From the sequence record OM858838: DNA of 64,000 nt; one strand, given 5' to 3'. Positions 40,630 through 49,878 of this stretch are shown here, in pieces; the first letter of the stretch is position 1, and every line of letters begins with the position of its first letter. The notes under the pieces were generated by a model. It saw nothing but the letters and a program-made list of their open reading frames with translations. It was not told where the DNA came from and ran no database searches. The position numbers were made by a program, and so were the translations under genes. This DNA is from Shigella phage B2.

Positions 40630-41862
40630 TTATACAACAGCACCAGTTGAGTCTACCCATGCAGTTCCATTAAACCAAATAGGTTTACCTAACGTAGTAT
40701 CAAAATGTTGTGTACCAGTTAATACTCCAATAGGTCTTTGTGCAGTAGTACCACTCAGTCCTAACGTAACAATAGGAGTCAAGGTTACTACAATATTACC
40801 CGGCAGATAAGTTAACTGACCATTCACTACACTTTGAATATATACGTTGTTAGGTACACTAGAAGGAATCCAATAGTAAACCTGAGACACAATATCATAC
40901 AGGATACGCTTACCATTTAGAGTCTCTACAGTGTTATCACTTTTGATAACCTCTGAGTCCTTCATGTTAGTTGCTCTAGCAATCTCATACAGGCTTCTAT
41001 CTGGAGATTCTAATGTAACTAACTCACCTCCAAGCTGAACTACTAATCTATCATTAGTAGATAATGGTTCAGTCAGTAAGATACGTTTGTTATCTTGGTC
41101 TACAGTATAAGATTGAGTTGATAATCCACCTTGATATCTCAATCCATTCTTAAAGATTGCTGGTACAGTTTGGAAGGTATATGGAATAACAATTACCTGT
41201 TCTCCGCCAACTGCTGCACCATTGTTATAAATCCAGTTAATAACAGTCCAACTATCAATGTTTGGATTATCAGGTACAGCAGGATTACCTGAAAGCATCA
41301 GAACAACTTCATCACCTTGCTCTAATGGCTGAGCTAAAGTAACAGTCAGATTAACAGAGTTAAAAGTAAATCCTCTGCCTACCTGTTGACGGAAACCTTC
41401 CACATAAATTTCTGGAACACCAATAGTGTAATCAGGAACTACAATAGTAGTTTCTCCACCAGCAGCAGAACCATTATTAAATACAAATGGGATATATGCA
41501 CCAGTGCCTGTAGCAGCACCGCTATTAGATGAGCCAACAACTACCCAGCTACCAGTAGCAGTAGGGTCACTTGGTAATACTCCAGTACGGTCACCTTCTA
41601 CATAGAGGTAATCAGTATAGATTCTGACACCTGTAGGGGTAGAAGAATACACACGAGTATACTTAGCAGTTGTAGGTAATTCCTGTAACTCTGTAACTGA
41701 GTCAACTGTAATCAATACACCATAATCATTTAAAAAATTATAGATGAACTGAATCTCACCCAGATTATCATATACAGTTTTAACTACATCGTAAGCAGTA
41801 CCAATGAATTTCTCCACCATACCTGCTTGATTACCACAGCACGTATTTGTAGTTCGAATCAT
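40630..41862 (-). CDS. tail/structural protein with internal tandem domain duplication
   Basis: Two ~70-aa repeats (PFVFNNGSAAGGETTIVVPDYTIGVPEIYVEGFRQ / NWIYNNGAAVGGEQVIVIPYTFQTVPAIFKNGLRYQ). Confidence 0.45.
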   Translation of the reverse strand: MIRTTNTCCGNQAGMVEKFIGTAYDVVKTVYDNLGEIQFIYNFLNDYGVLITVDSVTELQELPTTAKYTRVYSSTPTGVRIYTDYLYVEGDRTGVLPSDPTATGSWVVVGSSNSGAATGTGAYIPFVFNNGSAAGGETTIVVPDYTIGVPEIYVEGFRQQVGRGFTFNSVNLTVTLAQPLEQGDEVVLMLSGNPAVPDNPNIDSWTVINWIYNNGAAVGGEQVIVIPYTFQTVPAIFKNGLRYQGGLSTQSYTVDQDNKRILLTEPLSTNDRLVVQLGGELVTLESPDRSLYEIARATNMKDSEVIKSDNTVETLNGKRILYDIVSQVYYWIPSSVPNNVYIQSVVNGQLTYLPGNIVVTLTPIVTLGLSGTTAQRPIGVLTGTQHFDTTLGKPIWFNGTAWVDSTGAVV

Positions 41863-41863
41863 C

Positions 41864-42568
41864 TTATACCCATCCTCTCATTTCTGGTTTAACGTTAGTT
41901 TGTGCAATGTGAGCATTGTCCAAATCTAGATTCTCAATCTTCGTACACTCTGCTTCAAATCTCTGACTCCATTCAACCCCTTTAGCTGCTGTCTCTGGAT
42001 TAGGTGAATTGGAATAAAGCTGTGAAGCAATGTAATACGTCAGAGCCTTTTCATGACTAGCTGGGATACGTACTTCTGTATTCAAGTCTGTAGTCGTCAG
42101 AGCAATCTTAGGATGATTTGCCCTATAAGTCACAAACAATGCATTAGTTTCAATTGGATAAACAATCTGAATGCAGTCAAATGAAGGGGTCACAATAGAA
42201 CCACAGCAAGGTTCATTGTTTAAATACAACGGACAACCACATTCATCAAAGACTCTCTCTACTCTAATAACATCATCTAAGAATCTTTCAGTTGGTGAAT
42301 CCATTAAGTACTTATACTTTTCTGTAGAAGTAGTATTCATCTGAGCAAACTCACTGCGCAGATAATACTTAGAAATTTGCTCATATTGCTGAATGATTAC
42401 TTCTTTTTCTAACAGAGGAAATCTGGCATGAAGGTTAGTTAAGCCAGCATTCAATTGAGCAATAACTTTAGGATAATCTTGAGTACGAATACCCTGTCCA
42501 TCATTACCAGTTCGAATGAGGCTTAACTCACCTACAGATAACATCTGAAATAATTCTGACAATTTCAT
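41864..42568 (-). CDS. structural protein, unknown role
   Basis: 234-aa ORF between terminase and tail genes. Confidence 0.4.
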   Translation of the reverse strand: MKLSELFQMLSVGELSLIRTGNDGQGIRTQDYPKVIAQLNAGLTNLHARFPLLEKEVIIQQYEQISKYYLRSEFAQMNTTSTEKYKYLMDSPTERFLDDVIRVERVFDECGCPLYLNNEPCCGSIVTPSFDCIQIVYPIETNALFVTYRANHPKIALTTTDLNTEVRIPASHEKALTYYIASQLYSNSPNPETAAKGVEWSQRFEAECTKIENLDLDNAHIAQTNVKPEMRGWV

Positions 42569-42611
42569 AATGTAGCTCCGAGAGTTAACGTCACCACATT
42601 ATAAGCCAGAG

Positions 42612-44237
42612 TTAAACCAGATAACTATCTATTCCATTGGATTGGGTTGGTTCAGGCATGTCCCATATACCATCATCCTGTACACCTCCTGTAGAGCCTT
42701 GTGAGGGCTTCCATACTTTAAGACACCCTAACATACTGATGGTATCAATAAAGTCGTCATGCTTGCTCTTAAAGCCCTCTACAGTAGCTAACTGAAGCTC
42801 ATCCATAGCTTCTAACATAATCTTCTCTTCTTTGAGTTCTTCAGGGAAATACATCTTACCTGCTTTGAACCAAGGAAGAACTGAGTTGAATCTCACCATC
42901 TTATTACTATTAGGTCGAATACCCGGTCTACTGTTATTGCCATCAGAGGCAAAATTGAACCAAATATTACGAGTCATCATCTCATTCTGAAGTAGCGGGA
43001 TGAATCCACCTTGCTGACCTGTAACTTCAATGCCTACAGATTGAGGTTGGTACTCTACAACTAGTCTAAATAGGTCATCAAAGTTCTTATCCATAAGCTG
43101 GCGTCTACAAATACCATCAACCCAGAACCAATCACCATTAGAGTTGATGGCCCATACAGAAATAACTGAATAGTCAGCAGACTGTTTCTCAGAAGTAGCA
43201 AAGTCAGTAGTGATATAGAAATTAAAATGACCTCTATTCAGCAGAAGAGACTTACGCTTATACCATTGGATATCAGAATCCATGACAAGCCTCTCTTCAT
43301 CAGAGGTAATTCGTAGCATCAATTCCTGATTGAATGCAGCAACCTGTCCAGTTGATACAGCAAGGTCGTATTGCCCTTTAACGAAGTCATATGAGAAGCG
43401 GTCTTCCCAAGCTCCTACAAATTCTTCACGAGAACATGGGAATTTCTCACAAATAGGGAATACGTTTACATACCAACCACCTGATTCTACTGCTTCATAA
43501 AGAATATCGTTCTTATTAAAGGGTGTTCCACTGAAAACAATCTTTCTACGTACAGGGTCGAGAGCATAATCGACACCTTTGTACACAGTATCCTTGATTG
43601 CCTGCATAGTTGACTTAGATTTAGCATCATCATCACTAACTAAGTCATCCAATACAGCTAAAACAGGACGTTTACCAAAGATTTTAGTACCACGAAGACC
43701 TGTCTTAGCACCAAACATACGAACACCTAGCTTATGCCCATCAGCATTAGTGAATTCTAGGTATGCATCAGTGAATTTGGCTTCAGGAATGTACTTCTGA
43801 AGGAATTCAGAGTTGTTATAACGGTATTCGATATTCTTTCTAAGTGATTTTACCCCGTTCTCCATTGAGTCAGAGACATAAATCATACCTTCGATTTCAC
43901 CAAATCCATCAATCTCCCCATATAAGGCAATATACAGAACCAGATACTCACCAAATAAGGTAGTTTTAGCCATACCACGAGAACAAAGATTGGCTAATCG
44001 AGTACGTTTACCTGCTAACTCATCAAGCATTTTAAGATGAACAACAGGAGTAAGGTTAGATTCACCTGCTTCACCATTAACCATCTTGATAAAGTTCACA
44101 TAGTTAATTGCGAATACAGAAGGAACATAGTTACCGTCATTGAGAGTGCTGTAATCAACAGTATTCAGCCACTCTACAACTGACTTTTTAACCATTGGGT
44201 CTTCTTTAATCATCGACACGTTCAGATTCTCCATCAA
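42612..44237 (-). CDS. terminase large subunit
   Basis: 541 aa; Walker A-like LCSRGMAKTTL, Walker B VLAVLDDLVSDDD. Confidence 0.7.
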   Translation of the reverse strand: MMENLNVSMIKEDPMVKKSVVEWLNTVDYSTLNDGNYVPSVFAINYVNFIKMVNGEAGESNLTPVVHLKMLDELAGKRTRLANLCSRGMAKTTLFGEYLVLYIALYGEIDGFGEIEGMIYVSDSMENGVKSLRKNIEYRYNNSEFLQKYIPEAKFTDAYLEFTNADGHKLGVRMFGAKTGLRGTKIFGKRPVLAVLDDLVSDDDAKSKSTMQAIKDTVYKGVDYALDPVRRKIVFSGTPFNKNDILYEAVESGGWYVNVFPICEKFPCSREEFVGAWEDRFSYDFVKGQYDLAVSTGQVAAFNQELMLRITSDEERLVMDSDIQWYKRKSLLLNRGHFNFYITTDFATSEKQSADYSVISVWAINSNGDWFWVDGICRRQLMDKNFDDLFRLVVEYQPQSVGIEVTGQQGGFIPLLQNEMMTRNIWFNFASDGNNSRPGIRPNSNKMVRFNSVLPWFKAGKMYFPEELKEEKIMLEAMDELQLATVEGFKSKHDDFIDTISMLGCLKVWKPSQGSTGGVQDDGIWDMPEPTQSNGIDSYLV

Positions 44238-44901
44238 TTACTAACTTGGTATGAGCTACTTCTTTAGCTGAATAGACTCCGCCTTCAATCAGTTGTCGCT
44301 GCTTCGCAGCTAGCTGTGAGGTTAATTCCCTCAGTTCACTAATTACACCACCTTCCTGCAATCCAACATTAAGTTCAATCTTATTGGCTTCAGGACGTTT
44401 GAGATGATTAAGTAATGAGTTAGCTGCTTCACACTTAACCTTCTCACTTTTAGCATTAAGCATTAAATCTGCTTGAACGTTAATAGCTTTCTGAAAGATA
44501 TCAGCATTAAGAACATGAGTTGGAACCAAAGTCTGTTCATAGATAAGGTTAACTAACTTACCTTTGTTGTATGCAGATACATAACAATGAATATCTTTAG
44601 TGGAAGTACCGGAGTTCAAGAAGTTTTGATATCGGTCTGGGAAAGTTTTTATATAAGCTTCAAAGTTGGTATGTCCCATTAGTTTAAAACTGACATACTT
44701 AACTGCGGATAAGTAGTCTTCAATCTTAAACTTACCATCCTTCATTACATGGGTATAAGACATTAAGTTATCTCTCAATACTTCACCCATAATGGGGTCA
44801 GAGAGAATCTTATTAATCTTATCCATTAAATCCTGATTAACACTGCCTTTATGATTTTGAGGCATTACAGCTTTAAACTGTTCTACTGATAACTGAGTCA
44901 T
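44206..44901 (-). CDS. hypothetical protein (terminase small subunit candidate by position)
   Basis: 231-aa ORF immediately upstream of and overlapping TerL. Confidence 0.35.
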   Translation of the reverse strand: MTQLSVEQFKAVMPQNHKGSVNQDLMDKINKILSDPIMGEVLRDNLMSYTHVMKDGKFKIEDYLSAVKYVSFKLMGHTNFEAYIKTFPDRYQNFLNSGTSTKDIHCYVSAYNKGKLVNLIYEQTLVPTHVLNADIFQKAINVQADLMLNAKSEKVKCEAANSLLNHLKRPEANKIELNVGLQEGGVISELRELTSQLAAKQRQLIEGGVYSAKEVAHTKLVIDGESERVDD

Positions 44902-44934
44902 AGTTACTCCGAAGGGGTTTACAAATAGATTATC

Positions 44935-44950
44935 AGTACTATATAGTACT
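44935..44950. promoter_or_regulatory. perfect 16-bp palindrome upstream of late operon
   Basis: agtactatatagtact, ~35 nt upstream of the - strand start at 44901. Confidence 0.3.
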
Positions 44951-45075
44951 TTTCACAGAAAGTAGAAGATTCTTAAGTGAGAGGTGTATTAGAACGTAAC
45001 GGACTCATTATCCAATCTACGTTCAGTTGTTAAGATTGCAGTCTTAATAACATTTGATGATACATCTCTCTCTTA

Positions 45076-45090
45076 AGCACCTTCGGTGCT
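45076..45090 (+). promoter_or_regulatory. TTC-loop hairpin (vRNAP-type promoter candidate) before tRNA cluster
   Basis: agcacc-ttc-ggtgct, no T-run after it. Confidence 0.35.
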
Positions 45091-45106
45091 CTCTTTGGAA
45101 AGTTTT

Positions 45107-45178
45107 GGTTCTATGGTCCAGTGGAAAGGATATTCCCCTGTCACGGGAAAGGCCCGAGTTCAATTCTCGGTAGAACCG
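45107..45178 (+). tRNA. tRNA-Asp (anticodon GTC)
   Basis: Hand-folded cloverleaf: acceptor ggttcta/tagaacc, D gtcc/ggat, anticodon stem ttccc/gggaa loop ctGTCac, T ccgag-ttcaatt-ctcgg, CCA encoded. Confidence 0.8.
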
Positions 45179-45185
45179 CCAATTA

Positions 45186-45260
45186 CAGGATATAGCTCAA
45201 GTTGGTTAGAGCACTCGGCTCATAACCGAGAGTGTCCAGGTTCGAAACCGGGTGGAACCA
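45186..45260 (+). tRNA. tRNA-Met-like element (anticodon CAT), acceptor stem unresolved
   Basis: Good D arm (gctc/gagc) and anticodon arm (ctcgg-ctCATaa-ccgag); the 5' end does not pair with the 3' tggaacc-a-cca in my fold. Confidence 0.35.
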
Positions 45261-45270
45261 CCAAATAATG

Positions 45271-45355
45271 AAGAGAGTCGTATAGCGGCCCAATACGCCA
45301 CCCGAACGTTACGACTAGTACGGAGAACACGCAGGTTCGAATCCTGCCTCTCTTC
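45271..45355 (+). tRNA. tRNA-like element without canonical anticodon arm (possible pseudo-tRNA)
   Basis: Perfect 7-bp acceptor aagagag/ctctctt, D arm gtat/atac, T arm gcagg-ttcgaat-cctgc; the 33-nt middle has no 5-bp/7-nt-loop hairpin. Confidence 0.3.
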
Positions 45356-45361
45356 ACAAAT

Positions 45362-45435
45362 TGTCTCATAGCTCAGTAGGTCAGAGCGTTCCCCTGATAA
45401 GGGAAAGGTCACTAGTTCGATTCCAATTGAGACAA
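45362..45435 (+). tRNA. tRNA-Ile (anticodon GAT)
   Basis: Acceptor tgtctca/tgagaca + a + CCA, D gctc/gagc, anticodon ttccc-ctGATaa-gggaa; T stem has two mismatches. Confidence 0.6.
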
Positions 45436-45579
45436 CCATCCAATAGATTACAGTTCGTATCTCTTAGGGGAATACACTTGTAATTGCGGCCCGATAGGAA
45501 AGGGTAATTTCTCGACGATGGGAGTAGACCATTGACTGTTTGGAATAGACAACTGACGCTGTGAACGAGAACAGGAACA

Positions 45580-45666
45580 AGATGAGTCGTATAATAGGCA
45601 AATACAATATTCATGTTTCGCTATAGGCATGGAGAAGGAACGTGAGTTCGAGTCTCACCTCATCAA
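45580..45666 (+). tRNA. tRNA-like element, paralog of 45271-45355
   Basis: Shares agaNgag-tc-gtat...atac 5' half and a ttcgagt T arm (gtgag/ctcac); 1:72 mismatch and no canonical anticodon arm. Confidence 0.25.
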
Positions 45667-45766
45667 TAGTTCTTATCAGGGATTACTTACTACTATATAT
45701 CATACATTACCTCGCCTGGTGTGTTGGTGTTACCTCGGTAGATAAGTAATCCACTAATAAGAATTT

Positions 45767-45849
45767 GGAAGATTCCGCTCAGTGGTGGGCAATCCGGTTT
45801 GAACCCGGAGGTGCTGGTAACGGTAGGGGTTCGACTCCTCAATCTTCCG
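45767..45849 (+). tRNA. tRNA-Ser (anticodon TGA), type II
   Basis: Acceptor ggaagat/atcttcc + g + CCA, anticodon tccgg-ttTGAac-ccgga, long variable arm. Confidence 0.7.
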
Positions 45850-45858
45850 CCAATATTT

Positions 45859-45931
45859 GATAGGATAGCTAACTCGGTAAAGCGGCAGACTGTTAATCTG
45901 CGACATTAGGGTTCAAATCCCTATCCCATCG
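45859..45931 (+). tRNA. tRNA-Asn (anticodon GTT)
   Basis: Anticodon gcaga-ctGTTaa-tctgc, T taggg-ttcaaat-cccta, acceptor with one A.C mismatch, CCA encoded. Confidence 0.75.
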
Positions 45932-46099
45932 CCAAACTTGCAGGTAACTCTGCAATCCGTGACCAGTCGGTATGTTTATTAGTATGTAAAAGGCTGGGCT
46001 TCCTGCCTCTCATAGCCATACTCTTAAATGAATAACTGGTAGTCCAGCCAAGCGCACGAAGATGGGGACCCTCACCATCGGACAAAACGAGGGTACTAA

Positions 46100-46173
46100 G
46101 CATCCTTAGCTCAGTTGGATAGAGCAGTAGCCTTCTAAGCTATTGGTCACTGGTTCGAATCCAGTAGGGTGTA
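46100..46173 (+). tRNA. tRNA-Arg (anticodon TCT)
   Basis: D gctc/gagc, anticodon gtagc-ctTCTaa-gctat, T actgg-ttcgaat-ccagt, acceptor with two G.U pairs, CCA encoded. Confidence 0.8.
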
Positions 46174-46177
46174 CCAA

Positions 46178-46250
46178 GCTCACTAAGTTCATATGGGTGA
46201 ACGCCTGCCTTGTAAGCAGGATGAACGCGGTTCGATTCCGTGGGTGAGCA
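46178..46250 (+). tRNA. tRNA-Thr (anticodon TGT)
   Basis: Acceptor gctcact/ggtgagc, D gttc/gaac, anticodon cctgc-ctTGTaa-gcagg, T cgcgg-ttcgatt-ccgtg, CCA encoded; unusual A at position 8. Confidence 0.75.
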
Positions 46251-46255
46251 CCAAT

Positions 46256-46338
46256 GGGAGTATGGTGAAATCGGTAGACACAAGGGATTTAAAATCCCTC
46301 GGCTTATAGCTGTACGAGTTCGAGTCTCGTTACTCCCA
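46256..46338 (+). tRNA. tRNA-Leu (anticodon TAA), type II
   Basis: Acceptor gggagta/tactccc + a + CCA, anticodon aggga-ttTAAaa-tccct, long variable arm, T acgag-ttcgagt-ctcgt. Confidence 0.85.
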
Positions 46339-46363
46339 CCAAATTAATACAAGGAAAATCCCA

Positions 46364-46540
46364 ATGCGTTTTATCCAAATGAATTCTGGACCTAATCGTG
46401 CAGAACGCCGTAAAGCGTCTCATAATATTCGCAGAACAGAAGTAAAATCTCGTGTAGCCAAACGTATGGACCGTCCTCACAAGATGGATATCATCGATGC
46501 TGGCTATAACAAAACGATGAATTTCTTCTTCCCAGCGTAA
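46364..46540 (+). CDS. small basic protein (58 aa)
   Basis: RBS AAGGA then ATG; MRFIQMNSGPNRAERRKASHNIRR...; host-like codon usage; below track cutoff. Confidence 0.35.
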   Translation: MRFIQMNSGPNRAERRKASHNIRRTEVKSRVAKRMDRPHKMDIIDAGYNKTMNFFFPA

Positions 46541-46670
46541 AGAACTCGCTGCCAGCGGGTGCCTGAGTACAACTGAGTGTGGGAGCTATCAACTCCACGG
46601 TATACTTTCCTTAAAGTCGGCTCACGAGTACAAGCCTCTCAGCTATGAGTAAATAGCACTAAGCCTCCTT

Positions 46671-46701
46671 GGTCACGCAGGGAGGCTTTTTTATTTCTCT
46701 T
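46671..46701 (+). terminator. rho-independent terminator
   Basis: agcctcc-n12-ggaggct followed by T6. Confidence 0.7.
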
Positions 46702-46727
46702 TTTCATAACATCTGAAGGATTACAAA

Positions 46728-47336
46728 ATGTCTGAAGTTAAAAAAGTTATTACCGTTTCTGACCGTTCTACCAAAGCTCTGGTAGTTGCTATTGCTGGCT
46801 TAGGCAAGATTGCCACTGACCTTCAAGGTCTAGGTGATATTACCGTTAAGTTGGCTGATGATATTGAATTCAAACAGTCCCAATTGGACAATCTGGATTC
46901 TGAATTCGAAAACAAATTCCGTGAATCTGCCGCACAACTGCGTCTGCGCGTACTGGAAGATGAAGAAGGTGTACTTCTGAACATGCTCCAGCAGCGTGGT
47001 CTGGCACATGTCACAACCTTAGCACTGAACGAACTGCAAGATAAGCTGGTTGAAGCCACCTCTGATAACTCAGAAGCTCTGGCTCAAGCTGAATCCGCTG
47101 GCTTCCGTAAAGGTGCTGCACAGTTCGAACAGAAACTGAAAGATGCCGATGCAAACCATCGTATTGCAATGGCTGAACTTACCGCTAAATCCAACGCGAA
47201 AGACGATAAAATCGCTCTGCTGGAAAGCCAACTGGAAGATGCACGTAAGCAGATTACTGCTGAACGTGAAACCCGTCTGGCAGTAGCACAGGCTGAATCT
47301 GCTCGTCAGGGTGTTGTAGTAAACACCGGTAAGTAA
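46728..47336 (+). CDS. coiled-coil protein
   Basis: 202 aa, Ala/Glu/Leu/Gln-rich; GC-richer, host-like codon usage. Confidence 0.5.
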   Translation: MSEVKKVITVSDRSTKALVVAIAGLGKIATDLQGLGDITVKLADDIEFKQSQLDNLDSEFENKFRESAAQLRLRVLEDEEGVLLNMLQQRGLAHVTTLALNELQDKLVEATSDNSEALAQAESAGFRKGAAQFEQKLKDADANHRIAMAELTAKSNAKDDKIALLESQLEDARKQITAERETRLAVAQAESARQGVVVNTGK

Positions 47337-47964
47337 TAAACTCAGATTGTCGTTTTACTACGACGATTGGGATAGCAAGCTGGCTCTGCTTAAACCAGCG
47401 CATAGTAATGAGAGCATTTGCAGGGGCGATGGATTGATGTTATTTAACCATGCGTGTAAGTGTTCTCTTTACTATGCTGCCATAGTAACCCGAAGATTGC
47501 TTTCCTTAGAGGAAGCAGAGTTTAAACAGGTATATCCTGTCCTGTATTGAAGGTGTAACAACTGAATATACCAGAGTACTAGAACTCTGTTACCGAACTC
47601 AGGGAGTTGCTGGCCTAACCAGCTTAACATCCTATCAATGAGTACACTTGATTGAGGTCAGAAGATGAAATGAAGCTTCTGTAAAATGAATCCACAGAGT
47701 GTACTCTTTGATAGTTTTCGTATGCGATTATGCGGTTTTTTAAAAACGAACCATAAAACATAAATGCAAACGATGATGTTGTTCTGATGGCGGCTTAACA
47801 GCCTATAAATCAGTGAGGTATTCCAGTTCCTCATAACAGAATCTGGCGCACTGGCCCGGTGTGATTAATAATGGGCAACCAATATCTCTTTAAGTGTATT
47901 GAATCAGTATATTTACAGAGATACGCGCCAAGTATATCTCACTTCCGAATACGTTGATTATTTT

Positions 47965-47991
47965 GCCCATCTCCCTTGATGGGCTTTTTTT
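47965..47991 (+). terminator. rho-independent terminator-like hairpin
   Basis: gcccatc-tccctt-gatgggc followed by T7. Confidence 0.6.
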
Positions 47992-48085
47992 ATCCCAATC
48001 CCCGCCTTACGCTTATGCGCTTCCATCGCTCACTACGTTCGCTCGGAGCGCTTCGCTTCAGGCTAGTCGTAGGAGACTCTTAAGA

Positions 48086-49348
48086 ATGTCTACCCCTTGT
48101 GAAAGATTAGGTTATAAAGAAGGAATGCAGTTCACTCTCGTCAACGATGATGTTGATGGATTGAGTGCTGGTGATACCCTCTGGCTTCATAGTGATGATG
48201 GTTCACATAATCCTGAATTCCGTGATACTGAAAAAGTAAACGATGATACTGAAACCTACTACATCGATTTAAACTGTGTAGCTCGTTGTACCGAAGATGA
48301 AACACTCGCCTATAACCGTGGCTTAAGAGAAGGAGATATCCTTCAGATGGTTATGGATGATGATGGTGAGGAAGCCTATGAAGGCGATATCATCACATTC
48401 ATCAAAGATGATGGAGATACCTGTCCTCAATTTGAAGTACAGAAGGATGGTAATAAGGCTTACCTGTACCTCTCTCATGTAGGTGGATTAGAACCTAAAG
48501 TAGGTCGTAAGGTTCGTGTAATCCATAACTGTACTGGTGGGTTCTCTTCAGGTACTGAAGGAACTATTGTTGATATCTGTTCTGATGGGGACTATTTGAT
48601 TGCAGCACGTGGAGATACCATGTATCACCATGCTGACTCCTGTATTGTCTTCGGCTATGCAGATGACGAATCCTCTGACAGTAAAGACCCTGAACCAGTA
48701 AAAGAAGATTACCCAACTAAACCTGCTTCTGAATGGAAACAAGGTGATAGAGGTATTGTTCGTGGTCAGCAAGATAATGACCCACATAACTTCCAGATTG
48801 GTGAAGAGATTACCTTTGAACGGGGAAGAGACTCAGAAAGAGGTATCTTCCGAGGTACTAAGTACACTTCTACTCAAAACATTCAATATGATTTGATTGA
48901 AGTAGTCTCTATTGAACCGTACCCAATCACTGTTACTAAAGTATCCAAAGAGAATCCTGTAGCCTGTATCAAAGCTATACGTGCTGCTACTGGGTTAGGT
49001 TTGTATGAAGCTAAACAAGCTTATGACTTTGTTAGAGATAACGAAGAACCATACAGCTTACAGATAATCATCTCTAAAGGTGAGTTAACTCATCTCTTTA
49101 CTGAAGCAGGTATCGAATACTTCTTTGATAGACAAACTGAAGTATCTGGAACCAAACCAACAGTAATCATCTGTGATGAGTTAGCTGATACTTCTAAGAA
49201 GTATAAATACTTCATTGATGGTGATTCCATTGAAGTAACATTAGTTGGATACTTCGAAGGTGAACCCATCTGTGCTTACAAAGACAGATGGGGTGATATT
49301 CAAACCTTCGTAGCTAAACAATCACTTCTGGTATCTGATGATGACTAA
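48086..49348 (+). CDS. acidic protein with ribosomal L7/L12 C-terminal-domain-like segment
   Basis: Start set at ATG 48086 after TAGGAG RBS (track 47954 start runs through the terminator); segment PVACIKAIRAATGLGLYEAKQ and following ISKGELTHLFTEAGIEY resemble E. coli L7/L12 CTD (recalled as [26 protein letters not shown]). Confidence 0.5.
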   Translation: MSTPCERLGYKEGMQFTLVNDDVDGLSAGDTLWLHSDDGSHNPEFRDTEKVNDDTETYYIDLNCVARCTEDETLAYNRGLREGDILQMVMDDDGEEAYEGDIITFIKDDGDTCPQFEVQKDGNKAYLYLSHVGGLEPKVGRKVRVIHNCTGGFSSGTEGTIVDICSDGDYLIAARGDTMYHHADSCIVFGYADDESSDSKDPEPVKEDYPTKPASEWKQGDRGIVRGQQDNDPHNFQIGEEITFERGRDSERGIFRGTKYTSTQNIQYDLIEVVSIEPYPITVTKVSKENPVACIKAIRAATGLGLYEAKQAYDFVRDNEEPYSLQIIISKGELTHLFTEAGIEYFFDRQTEVSGTKPTVIICDELADTSKKYKYFIDGDSIEVTLVGYFEGEPICAYKDRWGDIQTFVAKQSLLVSDDD

Positions 49349-49517
49349 ACTACCTGGCATTGGTACTAAACCTTTGTTTGTAATTGATGGCCTCAATCCT
49401 GTTGAGGTCTCTATTGTCGCCCACTACAAAGACAAAGCTGTATTCATCTACTTAACCAAAGATAAGTTTGAACGAGTAGATATGGCTACAGCTCCCTGCT
49501 TCAGGAACCAAAAGTAA
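49341..49517 (+). CDS. small ORF (58 aa), possibly translationally coupled
   Basis: ATG 49341 precedes the upstream stop at 49346-49348 by 5 nt. Confidence 0.25.
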   Translation: MTKLPGIGTKPLFVIDGLNPVEVSIVAHYKDKAVFIYLTKDKFERVDMATAPCFRNQK

Positions 49518-49519
49518 TC

Positions 49520-49762
49520 ATGGTAAAAGACCCACTTGCTCTCTCATTAGAAAAACGTAAGCTATGGAGAAGGGCTGCTACTCGATGGTTAGAACTATTA
49601 ACATCCAGAGACTTAACAGCTACTGAGATGGATTGGGTCTTAGCCAGAAGAGACTATTGCACTAGAAAGACTAAGAGAGCAGAACCTCTTATAGATTCTG
49701 GAGTAATACACGGAGCACCTAACTCATTTATCTATGATTACTTTGGCTTTCTCCGTAAATGA
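49520..49762 (+). CDS. hypothetical protein
   Basis: 80-aa ORF followed by a 9-bp hairpin at 49766-49788. Confidence 0.35.
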   Translation: MVKDPLALSLEKRKLWRRAATRWLELLTSRDLTATEMDWVLARRDYCTRKTKRAEPLIDSGVIHGAPNSFIYDYFGFLRK

Positions 49763-49878
49763 ATAATGGGGTACAGATAGTACCCCATTTCATAAACCAG
49801 TATCAAACCAATAGTAACTAACTCTATCACTAACCATTTCATCTCCCTACCCTCATAACATTCATAGGAACCAATCCA

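Noticed and set aside
45086-46103. Track ORFs of 60-77 aa in the tRNA region (45086-45268, 45206-45439, 45381-45630, 45921-46103).
   Set aside because: They overlap tRNA genes and structured RNA, have odd composition and no RBS.
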